A DNA stretch of 64,000 bases from Lingula anatina. Its lineage: Eukaryota > Animalia > Brachiopoda. Below the pieces are notes generated by a model. It did no database searches. It was not told where the DNA came from and saw only the letters and a program-made list of their open reading frames with translations. The stretch spans positions 14,716,534 through 14,780,533 of the forward strand of contig CM120644.1 of assembly GCA_051362555.1 (NCBI GenBank). The letters are read 5' to 3'. The translations under genes were made by a program, and so were the position numbers. This document shows, in pieces, positions 11,629 through 23,923 of this stretch; within the stretch, counting starts at the first letter, position 1, and each line of letters begins with the position of its first letter.

Positions 11629-11702
11629 GGCCTGATAGCTCAGTTGGTAAGAGCATCGTGCTAATAACTCGAGTGTTCTCGTTTCAAGCACCAATCCGTC
11701 CA
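11629..11702 (+). pseudogene. tRNA-Ile(AAT) pseudogene / tRNA-derived element
   Basis: GGCCTGATAGCTCAGTTGGTAAGAGCATCGTGCTAATAAC matches the eukaryotic tRNA-Ile-AAT 5' half (A box, CTAATAA loop). T arm, B box and acceptor stem are degenerate; TTTT follows. Confidence 0.8.
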
Positions 11703-11776
11703 CAGTCCTTTTCTCGTTATTTGTTGTCTAATTTTCACTTTTAAACAACTGCTCCATTCTTATTGTTCAGGGCCTG

Positions 11777-11928
11777 GGCCCGTAACTCGAGTGCTTCGCG
11801 CATTGCGATGGAGCGAAAGAGTCTCGATTCCATAACCCCCTTATGGGGCGAGTATGTCCATGGGCGAGTTATGGAATCGAGACGCTTGCGCTCGGTCGCA
11901 ATGTGCAATGTTTTCGAGTTGCGTGGGC
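11777..11928. mobile_element. Harbinger-type MITE with CTG TSD
   Basis: CTG|ggcccgtaactcga...tcgagttgcgtgggc|CTG; empty site cacgacCTGtgtaac at ~54-68 and ~13056-13070. Confidence 0.85.
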
Positions 11929-14900
11929 CTGTATAACAAGCACTCAATGCAGAGCGCAAATACGGTTACTTGGACGAAAAACTGCATCGACTGCGAATTG
12001 CAAATTGGATGTACATGCACACTTTGGTAGCCCTCTACTATTCCGATAGGCCTAACTTTCCGAAAACGCAATTTGTAGACTCGCTGCTTTAGATGAAGCA
12101 AACAATCACAATGGCGTTGCTTGTAACCGCTAAAACAATCACACACACTTGATTTTCCAAAAGAAGGTGTGTTTTGATTGTGTCTTGACGATTAAAAAAA
12201 TAAAAAACACATTACTTCCATACGCATTTTACTCAGTAATTTGTCTGATAATTCAAAGGACAGTTGGTGCCAATATACTTAGTGCAAACTGACGTATAGT
12301 CCTGATGCTTGAGCAATAATATTGGGAGTCGGAGTCTGAACCAGTGTGGCGAGTTACAGGTCAACCCCACTCCGACAACACGCAGAGGGTGGAGCAGTCT
12401 TTGGAGGTCATCCACTAACAGTGCTGTGACAGGCTGCGATGGTAAGGTTGATTATCATAGAAGTTATATAAGGAACCGTAATACGGGGGCTCCATCGACA
12501 AGACGAATTCCGTCGTCATTTTTATGTCCCTATTTATAGCTTTGTTTATTGCTTTAGCCTTTTATGGATTTGTCGCAATCTCTGTAACTTTGCTTCAAAA
12601 CTGTTCCTAAGAATACTGGCACACAGAAATGAAGACAGAAAATGAGGGTAATTACGCACCTCAAATCAGTTCCTCCCCTACCCTCAAACCTAGATCAACA
12701 TCAAATCATTTATTTTATTTATTTCTTAATTTTATTTCATTTTATTTTATTTTATTGTTAAGATCAGGTTGAATTCAGATCAGGTTTGTATTTAAACTCT
12801 GTTCTTCAGGGCACAATTCCAATTTTAACAAATCTACGTTAACAAATTTTTAGTTTTTAAACATGTTGAAACTTTTATTAACAATAAAAACAAACAATGC
12901 CAATCCTTGTCACAATACTTAACAACCCAGAAAGATGACTAATTATATATATACACACAATATACAAAACATCACTTAGCACCAGACAAGATGCCGCTTT
13001 TACTGTTATTTGTTGTCTGATTTTCATTTTAAACAACTGTTCCGTTCTCTTTGTTCACGACCTGTGTAACAAGTGCTCAACACAGAGCGTAAATACGGTT
13101 ACTAGGACGAAACATTGCAACACTGCCATTCCGATAGCTGATGAGCCGAAAATGTGGCCATTTTTTTAAAATGAAGGATAGAGGTATAACCGTAAACACA
13201 AATTTAGGACTAGCTGAGTAAAACTAAAGGCAGGCCTACTTTTCCGAAAAGGCAATTTGTAGACTCGCTGCTTTAGATGAGGCAAACACTCACAATGGTG
13301 GTGTTTGTAACTGCTAAAACAATCACACCCTTAAGTTGCCCAATGAATGTGTGTCTTAATTGTGTTTTGTTGAAAAAAATATATATTACTTCCATACGCA
13401 TTTTACTCAGTAATCTGTCTGATAATTCAAACGACAATTGGTACCAATAAAACTTTGTGCAAACTGCTCATTCTTGAGCAACTGGGCATCAGGCACTCAC
13501 CAACCCGCACTGAACCAGTGTGGTGAGTTACAGGTCAACACCACTTTGACATCACGCAAAGCATGGAAAAGTGTGTGGTGGGGTGACTTAACGAAAAAAC
13601 CTTGTCACTTGATAAAATTACCATATTTGGCATGTGTTTCCCTTTTGAAATTCTAAATCAAATAAGAGCCACACCCATCTGGAAAAATTTACTGTTTAGT
13701 AAAAAATTGCCCCCCCCCCCCCCCAACCCCCAAGTTGACACAATGAGAAATTAAATATTTGTCAAATTCAAACCAAATTCCCATTCACAGCGGGGTTTTT
13801 CCCACAGAGAAAGAGCGGTCCTCTCGATCTACCCACAGCATTCGCCTACGTGTATGTACATGTATATGTGATAGGCAAGATTGAAATCAAGGCAGATTTT
13901 TAATTCGTGTAGACCACGATCACCTGTAGACTAAGATATAATGCGGTAGAGGAGATACTGCACGAGTTGTGGAAAATATTGCTGTTGTTGAGATGTGATT
14001 GTGGTAGTTTATGTCTAATTGCGGTTGTGGAGACAACAAGGGTTCCTGTACTGGTTCTGACTGTACACTAGAAAGTTCAATACGTAACACATACATAAAC
14101 CCTGCAATATACTCATTTGAGGGTTTGTTCCTCTACATTAATACTAGCCAAGTTAGGCGAATTTATGGATGTTACCTCTCAAATTCATCTTTAATATCAA
14201 AGTATGATTACGTAGTCGACAATATAACATTAAACTGAAGACCCAGTACTGTATTTAATATACACGCTGCGTTAAATCTGTGTTATACACCCCTGCTACT
14301 AGGTCAGTTGTATCAGTGTCACAACTGAATTCAGTCAGATAACAGCTATGAAATAATGTGTCACCATGTCTGTATTGTCTGTATTAATATTGTACATAGA
14401 GATAACCCAAAAATAGCTGATTAAGATGTACTTTCAGGTCCCCTTGAACACTGAACACCTCACCTGACCAGGTGTACATGTCAAGAGAGACAGCACATCT
14501 AATGGCGACTGGGGCCGTGTACCTGCCACCAAGAGAAATATAACTGGAGGAAGTACAGGTAAAGCCCATTCCTAATATATTGTAATACATTACATTGGGA
14601 ATATAATTCCGATAATTGTATGATAATGTATAGTGGAATGGTGCTTGCTGCAGTTTGTGTCTCTGTACGTTGGTATAAAAATAAGGCGTCGTTACCGAGT
14701 CCGGAGTGTAGTATTTACTCATCATAATACCTACCCTGTAATATTTTGGGTACCTACATTTTTTTTAATAATTTTTTTCATTTTCAGTTTTCATTCATTT
14801 CATAATTCAATTGATAGATTATAATAATTCTAATTCTATATCTATTAGTTAAGTTTCATTTGTACTTCCGCCTTTCTTTTTTCTTTCTACTTTTTTTTTC

Positions 14901-15161
14901 CTTTGTATATTTTTTCCTATAGTAACTTTTGTTACACAAGCATAATAAAGAGGCTGATTTGGTTCTCTATAAAAATTGAAGACGTTGCATGACTTTTCTT
15001 TCATGTGTCGGCACTTGTCTTACTTATTTTAACATGAACTTGCATACCTTACATTGCATGTACTTAAATATGGCTTTTTGATGTTTACCTCCATTACCAA
15101 ATCTTCATCTTTTATCTGATGTATTTCATTTCTTTATTTTCATATTTTGGTCTTAGGAGCC

Positions 15162-17067
15162 ATGTCTCTGTCCAAGATCCTTACGGAAGATTTCCTAACA
15201 TGCAGCATATGTCATCAAAAGTTCAAAGATCCCAAGGTCCTCAGCTGTGCCCATACGTTTTGCCAGCATTGCCTCCAGGGCCATTTGGACAGAAATTGTC
15301 AAGGTCAGCCTCGCTTCCCTTGTCCTATCTGTAGACGTCACTGTGTCCTCCCTGGAGGCGGTGTAAGTGCTTTACAAACAAATCATCTTCTGGTCAGCAT
15401 ATCACACACATATGGTCAAGTAGAACAAGCCAAGGCTGCCAAGAAATGCAAGATATGTTGCATGAAAAATGTCTCCAACCCACCAACGGCAACAAAACGA
15501 TGTTTGGACTGTGAGGAAAGCATGTGTGGAGATTGTTCTTCGGATCATGTGCTTCATAAGTTCAGTCGTGACCACAAGCTGTTTTCTGTCGACCAGTTGG
15601 ATAGCGACGAATACGTGACAGAGCTGCGTGCCCGGCAAAACGTCCTGTGTGACCACAACAACAAGGACCCCGTAGAAATCTTCTGCCCAGTGTGTAAAAA
15701 GTTCATCTGTGTCGGTTGTATGGTTTTAGAACACCAGGGTCATGATTGCCTTAGAATCAACACTGCTGCCGACAAACGCAAGGAGAAACTAGAACTCAGG
15801 GTGAAGCCCATCGAGAAGAAAAGTCTACGGTACAATCACTTCAAAACTGCTGCTGAAGATCAGAAAATATCAGTAGAAGAGGGAAGAAAGAAGGCAAAGA
15901 GTCAAGTAAACAAGCAGTTGGAGCAAGTTGTTAAGATGGCCCGTCAACGTGCCAATGATCTTCTGGAAGAAATAGATGCCATGGCAAATGCCAAATTGGA
16001 CATCTTAAATGGTTTAATTGCAACTGCTACCGCCGACCAAAACCAACTAGACGACGTAGTAGACTTCTCAAGGAAACTCATTAACCATGGCAACGATATA
16101 GATGTCCTCCAAATGGCCTCGACCTGTGAGCAAAGCAGCGAGAGCGTTCAGACTCTCGACATCCCGACTCTGCCTGCAGCCATGACCCAGCTACAGCTAA
16201 TCACCAACGACATGGAGGAGTGCGTTACCAATATCAACAGTTGTCTTGGAAACGTAGTTCCGGTCGTGAGTGGAAGACTGGTGACATCATTCAAAGTAGA
16301 ACTGACCAAGTCTCCTGAGGAGATGATCAGTCACGTGACCACTGATATAAACGGTGATTTTCTTTTTGGCATATTCTGTAATGAGGACAAGTCACGGAAT
16401 AGAATCCTCATCTACGATTTGAACTTTGTCCTTCAGGGCACAATTTCAAACCCAAGAGCAGCAGAAAAGTACGGCTTTGCAGGGATTGCCATTGATGATG
16501 ATGGCAACATTGTCACTAGATGTCAGGGGTCAAATGAAATCATTATCTACTCCAAGAAAGGAGACCACGTGAGAACATTCCACAGTGAATCACCTCAGGC
16601 AGTAGCGGTCAATACCAAGGGTCACTAGGCCCTATGTAGTGGCAGGTCTCAGTACTCTGACTGTGCACCACAAGGAGGGCGAGGTCCTGCAGACAACACC
16701 TGACCCAGGGGGAAAATATAGCAAACGCATCCACTGTAACCTCAATGATGACATCATCGTCAAAGGAGATGATCACATCCGTGTATTCGATTCCACTCTC
16801 CAGCTTAAATACAGATATGGTACCCAGGGTGATGGGGACGGGCAGGTGAACGGTCCGTGCGGCGCATGCTGCTTGGATAATGGAGACATCATTCTAACAG
16901 ACCTCCACAACCATCGTCTTCACCTGGTGTCACCAGATGGGAAATTCAAGCGATTTCTTTTAACCAAAGAAAATGGAATTGACAGTCCGAAAAATGTTGC
17001 AATAAGTCATCTCGGACAACTGGTCGTTGGAGAACAGAGAGGGAAGATAAAATTCTTCGAGTTATGA
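15162..17067 (+). pseudogene. TRIM-NHL copy 2, disrupted by a 7-bp insertion creating an immediate TAG (truncated within the NHL domain)
   Basis: cacTAtgtag (copy 1) vs cacTAGGCCCTAtgtag at 16626-16634; the protein is otherwise identical to copy 1. Confidence 0.93.
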
Positions 17068-18046
17068 TTGACTGTTAAACTTACAATGGCCTCCAAATAT
17101 GTGTTTGTGGATACAGACAATTGATTATTTGATAACATATAAAATGGCCATGTAAACACCTTGTACCTCTTACGTCACTTGCGTTTTGTTTCAATAAAGA
17201 ACTTTCAGCAAACTTGTTGTATATAAAGACGAGAATTGTTTGCTGTGACTTAGCGTCATGGAATTTTAAGTATTTATGTATCACGTGTATTTTAGTTTGC
17301 AAATATTAACTATTTTAAATATGCTCTTTCAAGCAAATTCTGTGATTCTTAGAAAGAACACTGAGGAGTATATTTTGCATGTGTGTATATTATTGGGAGT
17401 ACAGGATGAATAGTGTTAATCGGGTCTCGAATATGGTTAGTTGTAAAGTACGGACCGTAAATTTAAATTATTGCAAACACCAACCGACAAACATCAATTC
17501 TAATCTGGATTTTATTTAATATTCATTAATTGCCCGGCGCAGCTTTGAAACAGTTCCGTCTGCTTTCCCGTTTAAAAAGATTGTTTTCCAATCAAAATGT
17601 ATTTTAATATTATATTATTAATAATAAATTGTGATCGAAACACATACCTGCGAGGACGGTCAATCTTTTATTTTGAATTATATATGTTATTCATTGAAGA
17701 ATGTTATTTACTTTGGTATGTTTTGTTTCATTAAACTCTCTGTCATTTTTTTGCATTGGGTTGTGACCCTACCATCATGGTGCTCACGAAAATTTTGTAA
17801 CCCTCAAAGTTAAGTCTCGGCCGTACTCTGCATAACGTCTGGAATATTTTACTGCAATGTGTTTTTGTTTCTTATGTTTTTGAAGTGTCTGACCCCGGTA
17901 CGTGCGCTGCAGTGCAAATGCGGCGAGTGGAAAACAAGTTGAATTACATTTACTACCTTCAGTGATTATAGATTCACAAGCCATTCTGTAGGGAAAATCC
18001 AAGTACACAAATGTTGACTTTATTTTCCTTGCAACCGCGGAATAAC

Positions 18047-19168
18047 TTACATGTGCCCCCAAGGTTCACGCAACACTAGTTCGTGACTGCAGTTTTGAAC
18101 TATCTGTTTTTCCAAATCATCCAAAACACTCCAAAATTTAAAGTCAGGTGCCTTGTGAATAGCCAACGGCATTGAGAGAAGACAAGAATCCTTCTTTAAT
18201 TCTGTAGGTACTGTCAACCAAAAGTTTGGATTGTGGACAAGCTCGATGTCGTTTTCGTGCGCCAGCGTGGCCAGGTACACATCTTCAATGAAGAGATGTT
18301 TCCAAAACGAGGCTGAATGGAGGACTCTGATGACTTGGAATGAGGCTACTGTAGCAAACCCTGACAGGAAAGCCGGATATTTATTTCCACTGTACTGCCT
18401 AAATGACTGGTAATATTTTTGTGTTAGAATTCGAAAAGGAGAACTCCCCTTCGGATACAAATAGCCTGTGAATAATGTTTCCGTCTTGAATTTTGGAAGA
18501 TCCTTCAAGTATCTAATAATCTCCCGGTAATTTGCGATAACATCGTGCCCGCACCTTAAGACAAATTTTACACCTGCGCAGTAATCAATGGCCCATCGCA
18601 TGGCCAATAGTGTCTTTAGAGTGAAATTCTTGTAGGTGTCGTTAAATGTCATTTTGATGATATCTCTGTGTACAGAATTTTCTGCTAATATCCTACGTTC
18701 CACGTCTGAATCATTTGTTTGGCCGACGACAAATACAGTTTTTATTTTCTCTCCAAGAACGTCTTTAACGCTCCCACACGTCTTTCGATACATGCCCCTG
18801 GTGACAAAATCACGTGGATCGGATATAACTAACACTAGGAGAAACACGTCGTCTGTATTCCTGCAGGGGCTGTTTATAATGTACCTGTATCTTTTAATAT
18901 GGTACCACAGGTCAGAATCATTTTTCTTTAGTTCACATACAATCTCTGGCACCATGCAATCCCCAAGACTAATCTGCTCAGTGTCCTCTTTAACTAATTC
19001 TCCTGCAGGCCTCCTGGTGAGATGTTCAGAAGGTTCCATCTGTCTGTTTCCACCTTCATCTTTGTTTTGGACGGAGATATCGCCAGTCCTGGTGCAGTTC
19101 CAAAGAAAACATATCGCCAGAATATTGATAACCACTAATAAGAAGAAGATACCCGATCTGGTCTTCAT
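18047..19168 (-). CDS. GT31 beta-1,3-galactosyltransferase-like, paralog A' (373 aa)
   Basis: Intact ORF, 2 aa differences from paralog A. Confidence 0.9.
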   Translation of the reverse strand: MKTRSGIFFLLVVINILAICFLWNCTRTGDISVQNKDEGGNRQMEPSEHLTRRPAGELVKEDTEQISLGDCMVPEIVCELKKNDSDLWYHIKRYRYIINSPCRNTDDVFLLVLVISDPRDFVTRGMYRKTCGSVKDVLGEKIKTVFVVGQTNDSDVERRILAENSVHRDIIKMTFNDTYKNFTLKTLLAMRWAIDYCAGVKFVLRCGHDVIANYREIIRYLKDLPKFKTETLFTGYLYPKGSSPFRILTQKYYQSFRQYSGNKYPAFLSGFATVASFQVIRVLHSASFWKHLFIEDVYLATLAHENDIELVHNPNFWLTVPTELKKDSCLLSMPLAIHKAPDFKFWSVLDDLEKQIVQNCSHELVLREPWGHM

Positions 19169-20474
19169 TCCACTGTTTGTTTTGCCCTGCACAACGCTAG
19201 AGAGCATATATGACACCGTTTGTCACTATATCTCATCAGCTATTCCGTTATATACTACAGTGAACATGTACAAGTATGTTATTTCAGTTTTCTAGTCCCT
19301 TATATTATAATGGGGAGCACTGTCCGATATTCAAACACTCACAATTTCGAGTGCTGATGTTCATTGTTGGATGATTTACAACATGGTGTTCGCGCTATCT
19401 TTTATTCCTTATGTGGGTAATTATCGAAGCAAAGACGACACTATTATATATTAATAAACAGGTGTATTCATGTTAAGAAGACGTTCTCAACGAGAAGGAG
19501 TAATAAATGTAAAACATTTCTGTGCTCAATAAATTATTATTATAAATGCAATTCAAGGTTCAGCGTATGATAGGAGTACTAGTATAAACAAAACAAAATG
19601 ATAACACAACATCTCTCAACATTTTTCTTTGGTTAAAAAAACTTTTTTTCGTGAAAAGATGTAATAATAATAACTTAGATTACCAGTTTGCCAACATCTT
19701 GTAGATCTCACGTCATGAAGGTTTTTTATTAATTTTCGGCATAGATGGTTTATAAGGACGAGAAAAGTTAACCGTTCCTTAACAGTTATATCACAGAATA
19801 TGAACTATTTATCATTTATGTATAACGTGTATTTTATTCTGCAAACATTAATCGTTGTCTGCTTATAGAATCTTTCAAGCAAAAAGATCACAGTGACTAC
19901 AGAGGATGAATTGTGTTATAAGGGGTCTCGAATGAGATATGGTTAGTTGTGAACTACGAAACTTAAATTTAAAATACTGCAAACGCCCCCCGACAAACAT
20001 CCGAAACTGGACTTTATTTAATATTCAATAAACCCCCTATGCAGCTTCGTAAAATCATCGTCTGCTGTCCCGTGTAAAAAGATTGTAGTCCCAGCAAAAT
20101 GACAAAATGTATTTTAATATTATATTATTAAAAATAAAATGTGTTCAGAGCACAAATCGGTGAAGTTATTCAGTCGTGTGTTTTAAAGTATGCGACAGGA
20201 AAAAAGTGTCATGTACTTGAGTAATGTTTTGCTTCACTAAACTGTCCGTAAATCGATTGGTTTTTGCATCGGACTGCGACCCTTCCACCGCAGTGCACAC
20301 GAATATTTATTAACTCTCATAATTAAGTGTCCGCCGCTTGATGTCAGCAGTGTTTTATTGTAATGTGTTTCGATGTTTTTAAAGTGTCCGACCCCGGTAT
20401 GTGCGCTGCAGTCCGAATGCGGCGAGTGAGAAAAAAAAAGTTGAATTACATTTGCCACCTGCGGTGATTATAGA

Positions 20475-20687
20475 TTCAGACGTGACCACAGGCTGTTTCC
20501 TGTCGGCCAGTTTGACAGGGACGAATAAGTGCCAGAGCTGCGTGCCCGTCAAAACGTCCTGTGTGACCACAACAACAAGGACCACGTAGAAAATGGACTT
20601 GGTGGTCCGAAAGATGTAGCAATAAAGCGCATCGGACAACTGGTCGATGGAGAAAATAAAAGCGAAATTAAATACTTCGAATTATGA
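20475..20687 (+). pseudogene. Internally deleted TRIM-NHL remnant (copy of 7469-7681)
   Basis: Same fusion junction as in unit 1. Confidence 0.9.
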
Positions 20688-20992
20688 GTGACTGTTAAGC
20701 TAACGATGGCCTCCATATATGTGTTTGTGACAATTGATTATTTGATAACATATAAAATGGCCATGTAAACACCTTGTAGCTCTTACGTCACTTGGATCAT
20801 GAGCATTTTTTTCAATAAAGGACGCTAAGCAAACTGGTCGTATATAAAAAAGAGAATTAGTTGCAGTTATATCACAGAATTTGAGGTAATTATGTATCAC
20901 GGGCATTTTAGTTTGCAAATATTAACCATTGTAAATATGCTCTTTCAAGCACATTCTGTGATTCTTAGAAATGAAAACTGAGGAGGAATATA

Positions 20993-21921
20993 CAACATTG
21001 GTCAAGAAGGTTGTCCCACCCCCATTTCCATTTACTTTCATTTACAAACGATCACCTCACAGCTGTAAATTGTTAAAAATGGTGCTTTTTATCACAGATA
21101 CCGTGTTTAAAATTATTAATGGTTAAAAAATACAAAATAGTGGTTAAAATATACATATTTTATACCATTTAGTAACATTTATAAGAGGTACCCCCTCATA
21201 TCCACTGTTTCACTGTGACTTCTACATATTTAAAAAAATGACTATTAAATTGAAAAGACGCCATCAAATGTCACCAAATTCACACACATTTAGCATTAGG
21301 GTGTGCTCGTTAAAGGCCACGTGCCTAACAGCGTGTGCGTCTACCGCGTACTGCAATTATCTCCTGTAGAGGCGCGACAAGCCTTCAACACGTGTAACAA
21401 TTCTGTTTTGTGGGATATTGTCCCATTCTTCTTATACAAGTTGGGGGCGTTGGTCCACGTTTTATGGGGTTGGTTCTCCTTTGCATTGCACACTCCAAGT
21501 CATGTCACAATTGATTAGTAAGTTTAATATCAGGGCTCAAAGATGGTGGTTCTATCCTTAGAGCATTTTGTTTCTTTAACAAACACTTGCCAGGCGATAG
21601 GTGTGTGCGCAAGTTTGTAGTCATGATGAAGCCTGGAGTTAATCGCAGGGTCAGTTCTTGAAGTTGGAATGAGATATCAGCTGAGAATGCTACGTTCAGT
21701 GATCCCAGAGGCACCTGAACCTGTCCATTCATCACTGGAAGGAAGTCGGTTTTGATGCAGAATCAAATTATTTCTTGTATCTCATCGATGGTCAAATGAG
21801 GGACCACAAACATGTTAAAAATACCTTTTGGAAGGGTGTGTGTAGGATAATGTCGCCTGAGGTGTTAGATCAGTCCGCATTTGGAGAACATTCGAAGCCC
21901 ATGGTTTTGGTTCATTGTGCC
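20993..21921 (-). mobile_element. Degenerate Tc1/mariner (copy of 7988-8918)
   Basis: Duplicate within unit 2. Confidence 0.8.
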
Positions 21922-22325
21922 TTTTATTTATGCATATGTGTATGTTACTGGGAGTGCAGGATGAATAGTGTTAATCGGGTCTCGAATATGGTTAGTTGTA
22001 AACTACGGACCGTAAATTTAAATTATTGCAAACGCAAACCGAAAAACATCAATTCTAATCTGGATTTTATTTGATATTCATTAATTGCCCGACGCAGCTT
22101 CGAAACAGTTCCGCCTGCTTTTCCGTTTTAAAAGATTGTTTTCCAATCAAAATGACAAAATGTTTTTTAGTATTATAAATTGTGATCGACATACATACCT
22201 GTGAAGGCGGGACATTTTTTATTTTGAATTATACATGTTATTTATTGAAGAATGTTATTTACTTTGGTATGCTTTGTTTCACTAAACTCTCTGTAAATGT
22301 TTGCATCGGGCTGTGACCCTACCAC

Positions 22326-22575
22326 CTATATGATTTTAAAACCGGGTGCATAAATTTGAAAACCACCTAGAACAACCTTAGACTGTACCCTTACTTTAGA
22401 GTACTCTATTTTATTGTCTCTATGGGGGTATATGGGCACTTTACGACATTCGGTTTGAATGTTTTTTAAAACACCTTTTGATAGGGCTTTATAGCATTGT
22501 ATTAGATTAATGTGGCAGTCTAAGGTTGTTCTAGGTGGTTTTCAAATTTATGCACCCGGTTTTAAAATCATATAG
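22326..22575. mobile_element. MITE with ~60-bp TIRs (copy of 9335-9580)
   Basis: Same TIRs. Confidence 0.85.
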
Positions 22576-22801
22576 CGATTTTACGACAATCGTTTACTAT
22601 CCAATCTAGGTGACAGCCGAGCGTGGGCTCATCCTGTCGGTGTTCTGACCGATACTCCGAAATGCAATCTGACACACACCTTGAAAACGGGTAGTGTGGT
22701 CCGATATACCGGTTAATTCAGGATCCTTAGGTGCCGAGTCTGGTATTTGGGTAGGTATGGTAATGTTGACTTTATTTTTCCTTGTAACGGTGACATGTAA
22801 C

Positions 22802-23923
22802 TTACATATGCCCCCTAAGTCCACGCATCTGTTGTTTTCGAGTGCAGTTTACAACTCTCTGTTTTTCCAAATGATACAAAACACTCCAAAATTTAAAGTC
22901 AGGTGCCTTGTGAATGGCCAACGGCATTGCGAGAAGACAAGGATCCTTCCTTACTTCTAGAGGTACTGTCATCCAAAAGTTTGGATTGTGGACAAGCTCG
23001 ATTCCGTTTTCGTGCGCCAGTGTGGCTAGGTACACATCTTCAATGAAGAGATGTTTCCAAAACGAAGCTGAATGGAGGATTCTGATGACTTGGAATGAGG
23101 CTACTGTAGCAAACCCTGACAGGAAAGCCGGATATTTATTTCCACTGTACTGTCTAAACGACTGGTAATATTTTTGTGTTGGATTTCGAAAAGGCGGTTT
23201 CCCTTTCTGGTATAAAAAACCCGTAAATAACGTTTCCGTCTTGAATTTTGGTAGATCTTTCAAGTACCTGATAATCTCGCGGTAATTTGCAACAACATCG
23301 TGTCCGCACCTTAAGACAAATTTTGCACCTGCGCAGTAATCAATGGCCCATCGCATGGCCAGTAGTGTCTTTAGAGTGAAATTCTTGTAGCTGTCGTTAA
23401 ATGTTATTTTGATGATATCTTTGTGTTCAGAGTTTTCGTCTAATATCCCACGTTCTACGTCTGAATCATTTGTTTGGCCGACGACAAATACAGTTTTTAT
23501 TTTCTCTCCAAGAACGTCTTTAACGCTCCCACACGTCTTTCGATACATGCCCCTGGTGACAAAATCACGAGGATCGGACATTACTAACACTAGGAGGTAC
23601 ACGTCGTCTGTATCCCTGCATGAGTTGTTTATTATGTACCTGTATCTTTTAATATGGTACCACAGGTCAGAATCATTTTTCTTTAGTTCACATACAATCT
23701 CTGGCACCATGCAATCCCCAAGACTAATCTGTTGAGTGTCCTCTTTAACTAATTCTCCTGCATGCCTCCTGGTGAGATTTTCCGAAGATTCCATCTGTCT
23801 GTTTGCACCTTCATCTTTGTTTTGGACGGAGATATCGCCAGTCCTGGTGCTGTTCCAAAGAAAATATATCGCCAGAATATTGATAACCACTAATAATAAG
23901 GAGATACCCGATCTGGTCTTCAT
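22802..23923 (-). CDS. GT31 beta-1,3-galactosyltransferase-like, paralog B' (373 aa, intact)
   Basis: Uninterrupted ORF with the same GT31 motifs. Confidence 0.9.
   Translation of the reverse strand: MKTRSGISLLLVVINILAIYFLWNSTRTGDISVQNKDEGANRQMESSENLTRRHAGELVKEDTQQISLGDCMVPEIVCELKKNDSDLWYHIKRYRYIINNSCRDTDDVYLLVLVMSDPRDFVTRGMYRKTCGSVKDVLGEKIKTVFVVGQTNDSDVERGILDENSEHKDIIKITFNDSYKNFTLKTLLAMRWAIDYCAGAKFVLRCGHDVVANYREIIRYLKDLPKFKTETLFTGFLYQKGKPPFRNPTQKYYQSFRQYSGNKYPAFLSGFATVASFQVIRILHSASFWKHLFIEDVYLATLAHENGIELVHNPNFWMTVPLEVRKDPCLLAMPLAIHKAPDFKFWSVLYHLEKQRVVNCTRKQQMRGLRGHM

Larger units (their letters stand above)
1..12953 (+). repeat. Tandem segmental duplication, unit 1 (~13.0 kb period; may extend left of the window)
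   Basis: Sequence at position 1 (ctgttatttgttgtctgattttc) recurs at 13003. Genes and ORFs recur at an offset of ~13,002-13,006 through ~9.8 kb, and ~12,780 beyond the unit-1-specific MITE at 9810. Confidence 0.97.
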
